Assembly (NCBI RefSeq): GCF_963921235.1
Contig: NC_086098.1
Coordinates: forward strand, 212,784,001 to 212,848,000
Length of the DNA stretch: 64,000 nucleotides
Origin: Mobula hypostoma
Lineage: Eukaryota
Direction of reading: 5' to 3'
Each line of letters begins with the position of its first letter. The stretch's first letter is position 1. This document shows positions 52,052-64,000 of this stretch, piece by piece. Both the position numbers and the translations under genes were made by a program. The notes under the pieces are model-generated. The model did not search any database. It saw only the letters and a program-made list of their open reading frames with translations, and had not been told where the DNA came from.

Positions 52052-52489
52052 TACTTTATACATTCATTCTTCTACATCTAGTCTAAAGGTACATCCTCAA
52101 AAAATACTTTGTGAATATAATTTCTCTTTCCAAAATGCTGTTGATAGCTTCCAAATTGAATAGAGATTGCTGTAGATGCAAGTAGAGACAATCTCTGATT
52201 AATCTTTTCAATATGACCTAGAGTCTCTTAAAGAAATGTCACATCTTGCACTAATGAATGGTAGTCAACGAATTGGGCATTTCAACCTGTACAATTGTGT
52301 AGGAGCCAAGTACCTATTTTCTGTCTGTCTGTATTGTATTTTGTGTTGTGCGTTTGTTATGAGTAATTTGTCACATGGCTCGGGCATGGTAGAGGTGAAT
52401 GAGTATAGTGATGTATTTACGCTAATCAAAATTTCCTCTCACTTCCCATCAATTTTGCTTCCTGCTTCCACTCCCCATTCTCTTGCCAC

Positions 52490-52660
52490 TCACTAATACT
52501 AGAGGTAATTTGCAGCAGCTAATTAACCTACCAACTCGCCTCAGCTTATCAACCAGAAGGTCTGGAGACAGTCACAGGGTGATCATGCAAACTCAAGGTT
52601 AGGATTGAACTCTAGTCCCTGGAACAGCCCACTACCTGATACAACACTGTGCCATCCTGT
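52490..52660 (-). mobile_element. Degraded tRNA-derived V-SINE-like fragment
   Basis: AATTAACCTACC, GTCACAGGG..TGCAAACTC, AGGATTGAAC (reverse B-box-like), ACTGTGCCA. Confidence 0.55.
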
Positions 52661-53309
52661 AGGTCTGTAATATTTGTTAAGGTGATTAAGACAAGTTGCT
52701 TGGACACTTAAAGTAACTTTACCAGTGACCACATCTTCTGCAAACAACCATTTCTAGCTTGCAAGCTGTATATTACAGATGGAAAAGCCACTTAAACTGC
52801 AGAATTCCAGCCACATACACAAAAGTCATTTTTGTTAACCTTTGTTGCACAATAATTATAAATGAACTTGTAACCCCAAAGCACTCACACGCTAGAAAAA
52901 ATGCAACCAGTATATAAACATGCAGTTTATTTATAATAGCAAGAATATAAATATATTTTTGATTCAATATGGTTTAGGTACTTTCAATGGTATGATATCA
53001 TAGGAAATTTGTGGTCCTAAATTGGATAGTCCATGAAAATAAGGACAGAGGCTATTACACATGATTAATCTGTGCTCATTCGATCTGATACACCAAGCTT
53101 TTATAATGATTTCATCTAATAGAGAGCACTAATTGTGGGGCCCAGATTTTGTGAGAAACTAGCCTATTAAAGTTAGCTTTCACTGCTTGGAGAGAGCCTG
53201 CGCTTCAAGAGCAGGTACATTGTCATCATGTTAAGCAGCAGAAAGGATTGTAGAAATTCTTTTAGAGTTGATAGAAGCATCATGGCACACCACGAAACAG
53301 TGTGATAAT

Positions 53310-54700
53310 GTCAGAATCAGAATCAGATTAATATCAATAACACATGACATGAAATTTGCTGTTTTGTGGCAGCACTGAATGCTTGACACCACAGTAAGCA
53401 AAACTATTCTGAATTGTCTTACTGCTTATTTCTCACCAAATATCCGTGATAAACATCACTGCTTTTGGAACACAAACACACACAACTGACACATCTAAAA
53501 ACTGTTTGCTGAAAGCATGGTGTTGTGTCTAATGGCCACGCAAGTGCATGCTAGTTAGAAATTTTTCGGCAACAGTCTCCTGCCTCAATGAAGTGGCAAA
53601 TAAATGAAAGAAGTCACAGCTATTTTCTTGGTTAGATTTTGTTCTTTAAGAGTTTTCCCAAATAAGTGGCTGTCCTTATTAACCAATGGCCCAATTAACT
53701 GGAGTACACTGTCGGCAAAATAAAAAGGAATAACAGGTAGTATTTATGGATTCATAGACAGTTCAGAAATCTGATGGTGGTGGGGAAGAAGCTGTTGCTA
53801 TATCATTGAATGTGATTATGCAGTGTCCTGTCCCTCCTCCCTGATGGTGGTTTTGAAAAAAGGGCATGTCCCAGATGGTGAGGGTCCTTAACACCTGCTT
53901 CTTGAAGATGTTCTCGACGGTGGAGCTGGCTGAGTTTGCAGCCCTCCGCAGCCTCTTGCGATCGTGTGCACTGGGGCCTCTATACCAAGCTGTGTTGTAA
54001 CCAAACAAAATGCTCTCTACCGTAAGTCTGTAGAAATTTGCTAGTCTTTGGTGACATACAAAATTGTCTCAAGCTTCTGAATAAATATAGCCACTGGTAT
54101 GCCCCTTTTGTGATTGTATTGTATTGATGTGTTGGGCCAAGGATAAATCCTCTCAGATGTTGATGCCCAGGAACTTGAAGCTGTTTACCCTTTCCATCGC
54201 TGATCCTTCAATGAGGACTGGAGAGTTTTCTCCTGATTTCTCCTCCCTAAAGTTCACAATTAATTCCTTGGTCTTGCTGATGCTGTGTGTGAGATTGTTG
54301 CTGTGACACCAACCAGCTGATCTATCTCACTCCTGTAAATCTGCTCATCACCATCTGAGATTCTGTCAGCATCAGTAGTGTAATTGACAAACTTATAGAT
54401 GGTGCTTGAACTGGGCCTAATCACACACTCATGGGTGTAGAGAGAGTAGAGCAATGGGCTAAGCACCCATCCTTGAGGCGCACCTGTGTTGACTGTGGAG
54501 AAGCTATTAGTGATCTGCATTGACTGTGGTCTCCCAATAAGGAAGTCAAGGATCCAGTTACAAAGGGAGGTACAGAGACCCAAGATTTTAAGTTTGGTTA
54601 ATAATACTGCGGAAGTGATGGTGTTGAAAGGCAAGCTGTAATTAATAAAAAAAAGTAGCCTGATGCACATCTTACAGAGCAGAGGATTCTGTATGTGCAG
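53310..54700 (-). mobile_element. Rex1-like LINE fragment; its tail is split by an unrelated insert of about 0.3 kb (53390-53712, possibly a DNA MITE)
   Basis: ORF 54260-54739 [30 protein letters not shown]; (TCAGAA)n tail at 53311. Confidence 0.82.
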
Positions 54701-54809
54701 AGAGCCGGGAGACCCTTCAGGCGCCTGCTTCAAAGACAATGAGAGGAAGCAGCTCTCGATGAGTGAACAAATAATTGTAGGAAAGCTTCAAGAGAGTGAA
54801 GATGTAGAC

Positions 54810-54945
54810 ACACAATTGATGTGGGGTTTCAACTCAAAACTTTGACCATTCATTTCCTTTCACAGATGCTGCCTGACCTGTTGAGTTCCTTTAGCACATT
54901 GTTTGCCGCTTCAGATTCCAGCAACTGCAGTCTCTTGTGTCTCCC
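54810..54945 (+). repeat. Penelope-derived short repeat
   Basis: CACAGATGCTGCCTGACCTGTTGAGTTCC..GATTCCAGCAACTGCAGTCTCTTGTGTCTC. Confidence 0.7.
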
Positions 54946-55289
54946 AGACATATCATTACTTGGTCTGCAGTTCTCATCACCAGTTCAGATGTTATAAATT
55001 AAAATTAGCCCAGAGGCAAAATGTACATATGGTGAATCACTGGGGTTGAGTGGCAAGAGTCCAAGCAGAGGGAGTTTGTGGCACAAGCATCAGTTCCTAA
55101 GTATTTGAATGGGCAGCTTACTGGAGAAGCCCAATGGGCATGGACAGGAGAGCTTGACAGAAGTCCTGCCATGCAAGATCAAGGATGAGTCAAGTACGGA
55201 GGATGCCCAGGGCTTTGCTTGACATTGAACTTCATTCCTTTCAAGAGAAAATAGCTAGCAAATCTATTGACAGACTTATTGAGCTAATC

Positions 55290-55790
55290 ACAAGAACATA
55301 CAAAGTTGACTCAGGAGTAGGCCATTCAGCCCCCATGCCTCTTCTATCATTCAGTAAAATCTTGGGGAATTGTTTTTACCTCAATGCCACTTCCCTGCAT
55401 TAGCCCACAATTTCTGTAATACTTAAAACAATCTACTGTACTTACAGCTGTCTTGAACATGTTCAGTGACCGAGCCTCTGTAACTCAAGTCATAAATTCC
55501 AAATATTCTTTATCCTTTGGGTGAAAAAACTACTTCTCATCTCTGATTAAGGATATTCTTTCTGTGAGACTGTGACCACTGATTACAGACCACCCAGCCA
55601 GAATCAGGGGCCATAGTCACTATTTCTGGATCTATTCCGTTAAGCCTTATAAAAACTTTTACCTTTCAATAAAATGACCCCTTATTCTTCTGAACTCGAC
55701 AGGGCTAAAGCCCAATTTGCATAATCTTTAGACAAACCCTCCATCTCAGGAATCAAATTAATGAATACTTGTTACAGTCTTATTAATTCA
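55290..55790 (-). mobile_element. CR1 3' fragment
   Basis: CAGGAGTAGGCCATTCAGCCC tail as at 540-560. Confidence 0.75.
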
Positions 55791-56658
55791 AGTCATTAAA
55801 ATGTTTCAACATCCTTACAGGTTGTGAAGGGAATACTAGGTGGGATACAAATGTGTGGAAATAATGAGGAAAAAGTTGGGTTAGAACTTGTGCGATATAA
55901 ATGTTCACGGACAGCGAGGTAATACTAGGATTGGAAAAGTTAGATTAGACTTTATGGGATATTGAAGAGTGCAACGTGCAAGGGGAGATCAGTCAAAACT
56001 GGGTGGGATATGAAAGGCATGATTGTAAACTCATGATTGCAAATCTCATTGTTCCTCAAATAGGTGAAGCAGATTTGTACATGATTTACCAGAACCCTAT
56101 ATAATTGGAGCAGGATGCCTCTAGTCAAGATGTTGAGGAGATGCATGACAGCAGTTGGGAATGATCCCAAGACCAGGGAAATAAGGGTGACTCAGAAACC
56201 AACACCCACAGACAAAACTTTGTTGGCACATGTGTGAACTAGTACTCAAGGTCACAAATCTCACCGGAGATAAGAATGCAGTTTGAATGTTACACCTGTA
56301 ACACAATTAAAGGAGAAAATGAGTTAGTGAAGTGTGGTTGTTCCGTGAATACTGAAACCAACTGTTTTCATTTCAGGGAGATTAAAGATTATCAACCACA
56401 CTCTGTCCAAAATTAAATTTACCCCATCAGATCCACTTTAAAACATTTTCCTCTCACCTTATAACTATAGCTTTTTGTTTTTGATGCCCTTCTAATTCCC
56501 CATGGACACACAGTTACCACATAAGCACATAACAAGATTATGAATAGGAGCAGGGGGAAGCCACCTGGTCTTTCGAGCTTGCTCTGGCCTTCAAAAACAG
56601 TATGGCTGATCTGGCCATGGACTCATCTCCCCTTCCCTGCCTTTACCCATGAGACTTA

Positions 56659-57199
56659 CACACAATGGCCACTTTATTAGGTACCTCCTGTAGCTAATAA
56701 AGTAGGCAGTGAGTGTATGTTCATAGTCTTCTGCAGCTGTAGCCCATCCATTTCAAGGTTTGATATGTTGTGCATTCAGAGATGCTTTTCTGATGCAGGG
56801 TTATTTGAGTTACTGTTATCTTCCTGTCAGCTTGAACCAGTCTAGCCATTCTCCTCTGACCTTTCTTATTTACAAGATGTTTTTGCCCATAGAACTGCTG
56901 CTCACTGGATTTTTTTTTTTGTTTTTTTGCACCATTCTCTGAAAACTCTAGAGACTGCTGTGTGTGAACAGTTCAGGAGATACTCAAACCACCCCATCTG
57001 GTATCAACAATCATTTCATAGTCAAAGTCACTTAGATCACATTTCATCCCCATTCAGATGCTTGCCCTGCACCAGAACTGTACCCTTTAATCATATCTGC
57101 ATGCTTTTATGCATTGAGTTGCTGCCACATAATTAGCTGATTAGATATTTGCATTAACGAGCAGGTGTAATGTTGTACCTAATAAATGGCCACTGAGTG
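56659..57199 (-). mobile_element. Non-autonomous Tc1-like element, copy 2, inserted at a TA in a CR1 tail (56520-57290)
   Basis: TA-CACACAATGGCCACTTTATTAGGTAC ... GTACCTAATAAATGGCCACTGAGTG-TA; colinear with 47955-48497. Confidence 0.88.
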
Positions 57200-57454
57200 T
57201 AATTCCTCAATTATGCAAAGATTTATCTAACTGTGCCTTAAATATATTTAATGAGGTACACTCTACTGCTTCTTGGGCAGAGGATTCCACAGATGATATT
57301 TAGTTACCAGCAATACGTGATATATTTGAACCCAGGTCTTAAAGGTCAATGGCCAGTCTATTGCATGAGTATTGTTCTGGCATCCTCACTTCAAAAGACA
57401 TGTAAAAGGGGCACAGTTTACTTTACACTACACTAACAGAAACATTTTTTTAAA

Positions 57455-58502
57455 AATTATTTATTTACGGGATGTGGGCATTGTCAGCTAAGCCAACATT
57501 TATTGCCCATCCCCAGTTGCCCTTGAGAAGGTGGTGATGAGCTGTCTTATTGAACCGCTGCAGATCCTGAGGTGTAGGTACACCCACAGTGCTGTTAGGG
57601 AGGGAATGTCATGATTTTGACCCAGCAACAATGAAGGAAGAGCAATATGTTTCCAAGTCAGCAAGGTGAGTGACTTGGAGGGGGATTTCCAAGTGGTGGT
57701 GTTCCCAGGTATCTGTTGTTCTTGTCCTTTTAGATGGTAGTGGTCATGGGTCTGGAAGGTGCTGCCTTAGGAACTTGTGGTGTATCTTGTAGATAGTACA
57801 CACTGCTGCAACTGTTCATCGATGGTGGAAGGACTGGATACTTGTTGAAGGGGTACCAATCAAGTGGGCTGCCTTGTACTGGACGGTGTCAAGTCCTTGA
57901 ATGCTGATGGAGCTGCACTCATCCAGGCGAGTGGCGAGTATTCCATTACACTCCTCAGCTGAGCCTTGTAGATGGTGGACAGGCTTTGGGGAGTCAGGAG
58001 GTGAGCTACATGCTGCAGGATTCCTAGTCAAGGGATGATGGTTAGAGACTCTCTTGTTGGAGATGGTCATTGCCTGGCACTTGCATGGCTCGAATGTTAC
58101 TTGCCACTTGTCAGCCCAAGCCTGGATATTGTCCAGGTCCTGCTGCATTTGGGTATGAACTGCTTTACCATCCGAGGAGTCACAAATGGTACAGAACATT
58201 GTGCAGTCATCTGCGAACATCCCCACTTCTGACCTTATGACAGAAGGAAGGTCATCGATGAAGAAGCTGAAAGTGGTTGGTGCTACAACACTTCCCTGAG
58301 GAACTCCTGCATTGATGTCCTGAGTAGGAGATAATTGACCTCCAACGACCACAACCATATTCCCTTGTGTCAGGTATGATTCCAACCAGCAAGGGGTTTC
58401 CCTCTAATTCCCATTGACTCCATTTTAGCTAGGGTATCTTGATGCTATACTAGGTCAAATGCTGCCTTGATGTCGAGGGCTATTACTCTCCCCTCACCTC
58501 TG
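57455..58502 (-). mobile_element. CR1/L2-group LINE (lineage distinct from the 528-1860 CR1), RT and 3' end
   Basis: ORF 57816-58385 AGVPQGSVV..FIDDLP..MFADDCT..QQDLDNIQAWADKWQVTF; tail CCCACATCCCG(TAAA)n. Confidence 0.88.
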
Positions 58503-58539
58503 GATGCTTGAGGCTGCATTCACTAGTTTTAGTTTCATC

Positions 58540-59140
58540 TCCAGTGGATATAACTTTCCTTCCTCTATCTTATCCATCACTTTCATAGTTTTATGTTTCT
58601 ATAAGATCCCTTTTCATTCTTCTGAATTCCAGTGAATATAGTCCTAGGCTACTCAATCTCTCCTCATAGGCTAATCCCCTCATCTCTGAAGTCATCCTGG
58701 TGAATCTCTTCTGCACTGTCTCCAAAGCCAGTAGATCTTCTCTCAAGTGAGAGCCCAAAACTATATGTAGTACTCCAGGTAAAGCCTCCCCTGTACCCAG
58801 TACAGATGCAGTGCAACCTCCAGGTTCTTAAATTCCAACTCTACTAATGAAAGCTAACATTCCTTTTTGCTTTCTCAACAGCCTGTTGCACCTGAAAACA
58901 ACTTTTTGTGACTCGTGCACCAACATTTCCAAGTCCTTCTGTAGTATAATATGCTGCAAACTTTCACCACTTAAATAATAATCTAAATTTATATTTTTCC
59001 TTCTGAAGCAGATGACTTTGCATTTAACAGTGTGGTATTCCATTTGCCAAATGTTTGCCCATTTGTTTAATCTATTTCTATCACTCTAAAGATTCTCCGC
59101 ATTCACTGAACAATTGGCTTTTCCACTGAGTTTAGTGTTA
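58540..59140 (-). mobile_element. CR1 fragment
   Basis: ORF 58828-59043 KCKVI..DYYLSG..KDL..VHESQK..GMLAFISR. Confidence 0.8.
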
Positions 59141-59454
59141 GACACACGTAGAGATTAGCTAACTACACAGCACCTTTTTTTGGAATCCTGCAACATATTT
59201 CTGGGTCATAATGTCAACAGATGTCCCTTGTCTCTGAATTACTACCCTCTAATTTGTTGCAGAGACTCAAATGTAGATGGCCAAACAAAATACTTCAGAT
59301 TGAAGGCAGCAAGGCTGTTGCCAAGAAGTTGGCATTAATCCAAGCAATGTGCTGCATGTGAATGTTGAAAGTGAAATTTGTTTTGCAGTACACTTCCATA
59401 CTTACAGACAGTGACTGTAAAGCTATACGTGTGCAGTCAGACAATCTGAACCAT

Positions 59455-59808
59455 GGCAAGTCCTGAAGCACTTGTAACTTCTACCTGATGGTAGCAACGA
59501 GAAAAGAGCATGGCCTGGGTGGTGAGGATCTTTGATGATGGTCACCGCTTTTCTACAATGTTTCATGTAGATGTGCTCAATGGTTGGGAGGGCATTACCT
59601 GTAACGTACTGGGCCAAATTCATTACCTTTTGTAGGATTTTCCACTCAAAGGCATTGGTGTTCCCACACCAGGCCATAATGCACTTTCCACTTTCCACCA
59701 CACATCTATAGAAATTTGTCGAGGTTTTTGATGATATGCCAAATCTTCGCAGATTCCTAAGGAAGCAGAGGCACTGTTGTGCTTTCCTTGCAATTACATT
59801 TATATGTA
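59455..59808 (-). mobile_element. Rex1-like fragment
   Basis: ORF 59423-59701 CIMAW.GN..IIKDPHHPGHALFSLLPSGR. Confidence 0.82.
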
Positions 59809-59809
59809 A

Positions 59810-60348
59810 TCAGTCAAGGCATTGAGTATAGCACTTGGAATATTGTATATAGTTTTGGTTATCCTTGTTATAGGAAATATGCTATTGAACTAGAAAGACT
59901 GAAAAGATTTACCGGGATTTTGCAAGGACATTTGAGTTACAATAGTAAGTTGTATAGACTAAGACTTCATTCTCAGGAGTTGAAAGAGGTTACAAAGATC
60001 ATGAGTGTCACAGACAGGGTTAAAGCACAAGTCTTTTTCTCAAGGGGAGAGTGCTAAGAACAGAGGGGCATAGGTTTAAGATCCACGATGAGAAATTTAA
60101 AAGGTACATTAGGGCAGCTTCTCCAAGCAAACACTGGTGCATATTTGGAATGGGCTGACAGAAAGAGTGGTTGAGGCAGGCACATTAGCAAAATTTAAAA
60201 GCCATCTAGATAGGTATATGGATAGGAGAGATTTAGAGAGCTATGCTCCAAACATGGGCAGATGGGACTAGTTCATTGGGTAACATATTTGGCATGGACA
60301 AGTTGGGTCACAGGACCCGTTTCCATGCTGGATGATTCTACAACTCTG
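59810..60348 (+). mobile_element. CR1 3' fragment
   Basis: QGIEY..YRKYAIELER..RGHRFK; tail CCCGTTTCCATGCTG. Confidence 0.8.
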
Positions 60349-60429
60349 AATTCACGTGTCCTTAGCAGAACAGCCTTGGACTTGTGTAGGATTTCTAACA
60401 CTTTCCAACTGTAATTCTGATGGGAATAT

Positions 60430-60626
60430 TGTTGTGTCTGTGCACAACTACATATCAATTAAATAAAAGCACACACATGGGAGAAGGCTGTAACTGGTGA
60501 ATTCACATTGCAGTGATAGAGAGAACAATACACATGCATAGGCAACAGCGCATGCACAGACAACAGATCAATACATAGTACTATGGAGGGATCATTGCTC
60601 TAAAATAAATAGATCCATATATTACA
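60430..60626 (-). repeat. 3' LTR (about 197 bp) of the Gypsy element
   Basis: Minus strand reads polypurine tract AAAGGTGGAGGAAG, then TGTAAT...CACAACA; distal end inferred. Confidence 0.65.
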
Positions 60627-63600
60627 CTTCCTCCACCTTTAGATTAATGTAGCATAAAACTGTATATGTACAAAACATTCAACTTAATTATAAACCCATA
60701 TTCCAAATAATCATGTTTTCATGATAAAAGCCCATAAAAAAACATCACAGTTCTAAAGGTTCAGTCTTTCGGATGGCGCTCTGTTTCTTTCAGGACAGCA
60801 CCTCTGGACCTGTGGGGAGGCATCAGGTTTGGTAGGTGTCTTGTCTAAGATAACGTTCTCGGTTTCCGGGGTCACATTGCTGTCAGTGATGTCATCACTG
60901 AGAGGTAAGTCCGGCGGCTGTAAAGTGTCCATCTTGTTGGATGCAGGCTACTCAGGTGTGATCTTCAGTTGAGCATCCAGTATCTGGTCCACATGATGTC
61001 TCCATGTCTGATCTCCAACATCCACTGTGTACATCAGAAGCTCAGTTCTTGTAGCTATCCTATCATCGTCCACTGTAGATCTGGTTTCAGGAGGTCTATG
61101 TGAGTTCTCAGATTCCTGCTCATGAACAGCATTGCAGGTTTTTGACTTGTTGTCACATGAACAGAGTTCCGATACGCAAAAAGGAAAGTTGTCCACCTTG
61201 TGCTGTAGAGAAATGTCCTCCTGAAGGTTTGGCTAAACTTTTCAGCTAACCCATTCATTGCTGGGTGGTGAGGAACTGACTTGAGATGTCTGATGCTATT
61301 TTTCTTCATGAACAGTCGGAATTATTCTGACGTATATTGTGGTCCGCTATCACTCACAATTTGTTTAGGTAAGCCATTTCTGGTGAAGATAGTCCTCAGA
61401 GCAGTGACTTCACTGATATAACCTCCGGTCACTTCAAATGAGTATCCACAACAATCAGAAACATGGAGTCCATGAATGGCCCAGCAAAGTCAATATGTAC
61501 TCTTTGCCATAGTGACGACGGCCACTCCCACGGGTGTAATGGTGCCTGTGGGAGTGCATTTTGAACTTTTTGGTATCCTGAACAGCTTTTGGCCAAGTCT
61601 TCAATCTGTTTATCTATTTCTGGCCACCACATGTATCTGTGGGCGAGACTCTTCATTTAGAGTGTACCTAGGTGTTCTTCTATTCTAACGCAATGGTGCG
61701 CAGGTTAGAGGGAACCTCAGCACAAGATCCACATACCAGCATTCTTTGACATATTGACAGTTGGTCTCCTTTTGCTGAGGGGCTGGTGATCTGTCGCTAA
61801 CACAAACATTTGTTTGTGGAGCTAGTGGTGGAACTTCTTTATTCCCTATGCTAGACTATGGGCCTCTCGGTGAATCTGTGTGTAGATGTGTTCTGTGCTC
61901 ATCAGTGGTCTTGAAGCAAATGCAATCCTTCATAGTGTGTGACGAAACGGCTCTAATGCCATAAAGGGACACATTGCACACCAGTCTGACGGGCAGGGAT
62001 GGGTTATAATGGGTGAGCAATTCATCGGATGTTATCAGCCTCTTTGTTTTCTTGAATGCTCTTTCACATCTTTCTGACCATTTGCACTTTGCTGCTGTCT
62101 GTAACAGTGCATTCAATGGGTGCAGCACTGTAGTAATGTTTGGGAGAAACCGGTGTTGGTAGTTTACAAAGCCCAAGTATGACCTGAGTTGTAATACATT
62201 TTCTGTTTTGGGTGCCTGTAGCTCTGCTTCAATCTTCTCTTGTGACTTATGTAACCCATGCTTGTCAAGGACATGTCCACAATATGAGATTTCATCCTTG
62301 AAAAACTCACATTTCTCTCTTTGTACACAGACCATACACACTCAGCTGGTAAGCACTTTACTAAGGTTCTGGAGGTACTCTTAGTTATTTTTGCCAGTCA
62401 CAATGATGTCATCAAGGTAACACTGTGTTCCTTCAATATCTTGGAGCCATTGCTGTTTGCCAAATTGCTGGAGCTGATGCAACGCCAAATACGAGAAGTT
62501 TATACTGGAACGATCCCTTGTGAATGTTCATAGTAAGGAACTTCCTACTTGACTCCTCAATATCCATTTACAGATAGGCTTGTGACAAGTCAATCTTTGA
62601 AAACCTCTCCCCACCTCCCAAAAATGCAAAAATGTCTTCCTTTCATGGCAGGGGATACTGCACAGTACACAGCATAGGGTTGACGCTCACCTTGAAATCC
62701 CCACATATGCAAACGGCTCCGGCCTTCCCTTGCTTGATCACTGGGACAACGGGCATGGTTCAACCACACCACTCAGCCTTGGAGAGAATTCCAGATGCTT
62801 CTACGTTCTGAAGTTCAGCATCCACTTCAGGACATAGTACTTAAGGCACTGGGCACGCTTTATGGAATCTTCTGTTGCTGTTTCATCCAGTTCAATTCTG
62901 GCCTTCATTCCTTTGAGTTTACCAATAACTCTCTCAAACACCTTCTCATCAGCGTTAAGCTGCTGTGCCAGTCTCTGGTTAGTGCTACAATCTGGGCTGC
63001 CAATGCCTGTTGATGCCAAAATGAGAGGTTTGACTGAGTGCCAGTCTAGTCGGATATTTCTCAGCCATTCATGTCCGAAAAGTGCTGGCCCTCCACTTTC
63101 AAAGCATAAAGTTCTAACTGCTGTGTATAGCCTCCATATATCACATTTACTTTCAGTTTGCCTTTGGGAGACACTTTTTTGCCTGTGTAGGTCTTAAGCA
63201 TCATTGCGGTCTTGTCTAATAGTATCTTAGAAAACCGTCTGTTGTAGTCAGCCTCTGGAATTATGGACAAAGCTGACGCTGTATCCAGCTCCATTTTCAG
63301 TTTTACACTGGACACATCTATTGTGATCCAGATGATTTTGTAATCTGTTTCAGTTATACTATGCAGTTCTAGGCATGACAGCTCACTTTTGTCAGACTCC
63401 ATGTTGTCTGATTCTATTTTGTATTCTGTAACTTATTAATTCGCCTAGTTTTGTGTTTGAAACTTTTCACTTGGTTGTGCTTTTTGTCTGCCTTGCACAT
63501 TCTCTCTATGCAACCTTCTCTGTGATGCTTTCAGCAGACTTTTTCGTTGAGCCAAGTTATTTGCATCATGAGAGGATTTGCCACAGCGATAACACCTTTT

Positions 63601-64000
63601 GTGCATTTCACATTCTAGCCTCCTTCTCTGTAGTTCTGCTGCATCCTTTGCTGCAGTCTCTAACAATATTGCAATGGTCATGCCCGTTCTAAGGTTAGGT
63701 TTTTTTCTGCCAGCAGCCCCATTTGAGTGCTTTGACTATGCCTGCCACTTTCAAGCCTGACCCATAGACATCAGGAAATCCATCTCTAAAGTCACAGCGC
63801 TGGGAAAATTTGTGCAGTTCTGCGATGTATTCAGAAAGGCTTTCATCTTTTGACTGGTTCCATTTGTAAAATCTAAATTTCTCAGCCATTACCAGCAGTT
63901 TAAAGCTCAAGTGAATTCGTAAAGTTGTAACTTTTTCGTCAAGCGTCTTGCATGTTGGCATTGCAGGCATTACTAAGTTGCGTAAGAGACTCTACGTTTT
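60430..64000 (-). mobile_element. Ty3/Gypsy LTR retrotransposon (Mag-like), decayed gag-PR-RT-RH-IN; continues beyond the window
   Basis: gag FRFYK..ESLSEYIAEL; knuckle CYRCGKSSH; protease MELDTASALSII; RT LDDI and KCEFF..YCGH; LRSYLGFVNY; integrase MKSLAHRYMWWP, WQRVHIDFAGPF, HPAMNGLAE; integrase lies after RT/RH. Confidence 0.93.

Noticed and set aside
1-64000. Prokaryotic-type systems (operons, defence islands, retrons), tRNA or rRNA genes
   Set aside because: All RT, integrase and transposase motifs belong to eukaryotic TE families; no intact structural RNA gene was recognised

Overview
AT-rich eukaryotic, repeat-dominated DNA. The repeat set (CR1 with shark/ray-type tails, Rex1/Babar, Penelope-derived repeats, V-SINE/Deu-SINE-like pieces) points to a cartilaginous fish, possibly a ray; this is inference. 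I recognise no host protein-coding gene, so the window looks like a very large intron or a gene desert. Nearly all interpretable ORFs are decayed transposable elements: many CR1 and Rex1 LINE fragments, a Penelope GIY-YIG remnant, Tc1, mariner, Tigger and hAT DNA elements, two solo LTRs, and a Mag-type Gypsy element (60430 to the window end). The most notable observations are: (1) dispersed Penelope-derived repeats whose consensus rebuilds a minimal type-I hammerhead ribozyme (CAGUC-CUGAUGA-stemII-GAAA-CG-UC-GACUG); (2) a class I (gamma/epsilon-like) endogenous retrovirus relic in which the Gag zinc knuckle sits next to integrase; (3) a three-level nest, Rex1 LINE > fold-back Tc1 > Tigger, with the TA duplications of both DNA transposons visible; (4) long internal palindromes in the Tc1, Tigger and mariner elements. 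All assignments come from motif recognition by eye. Boundaries of degraded fragments are approximate.
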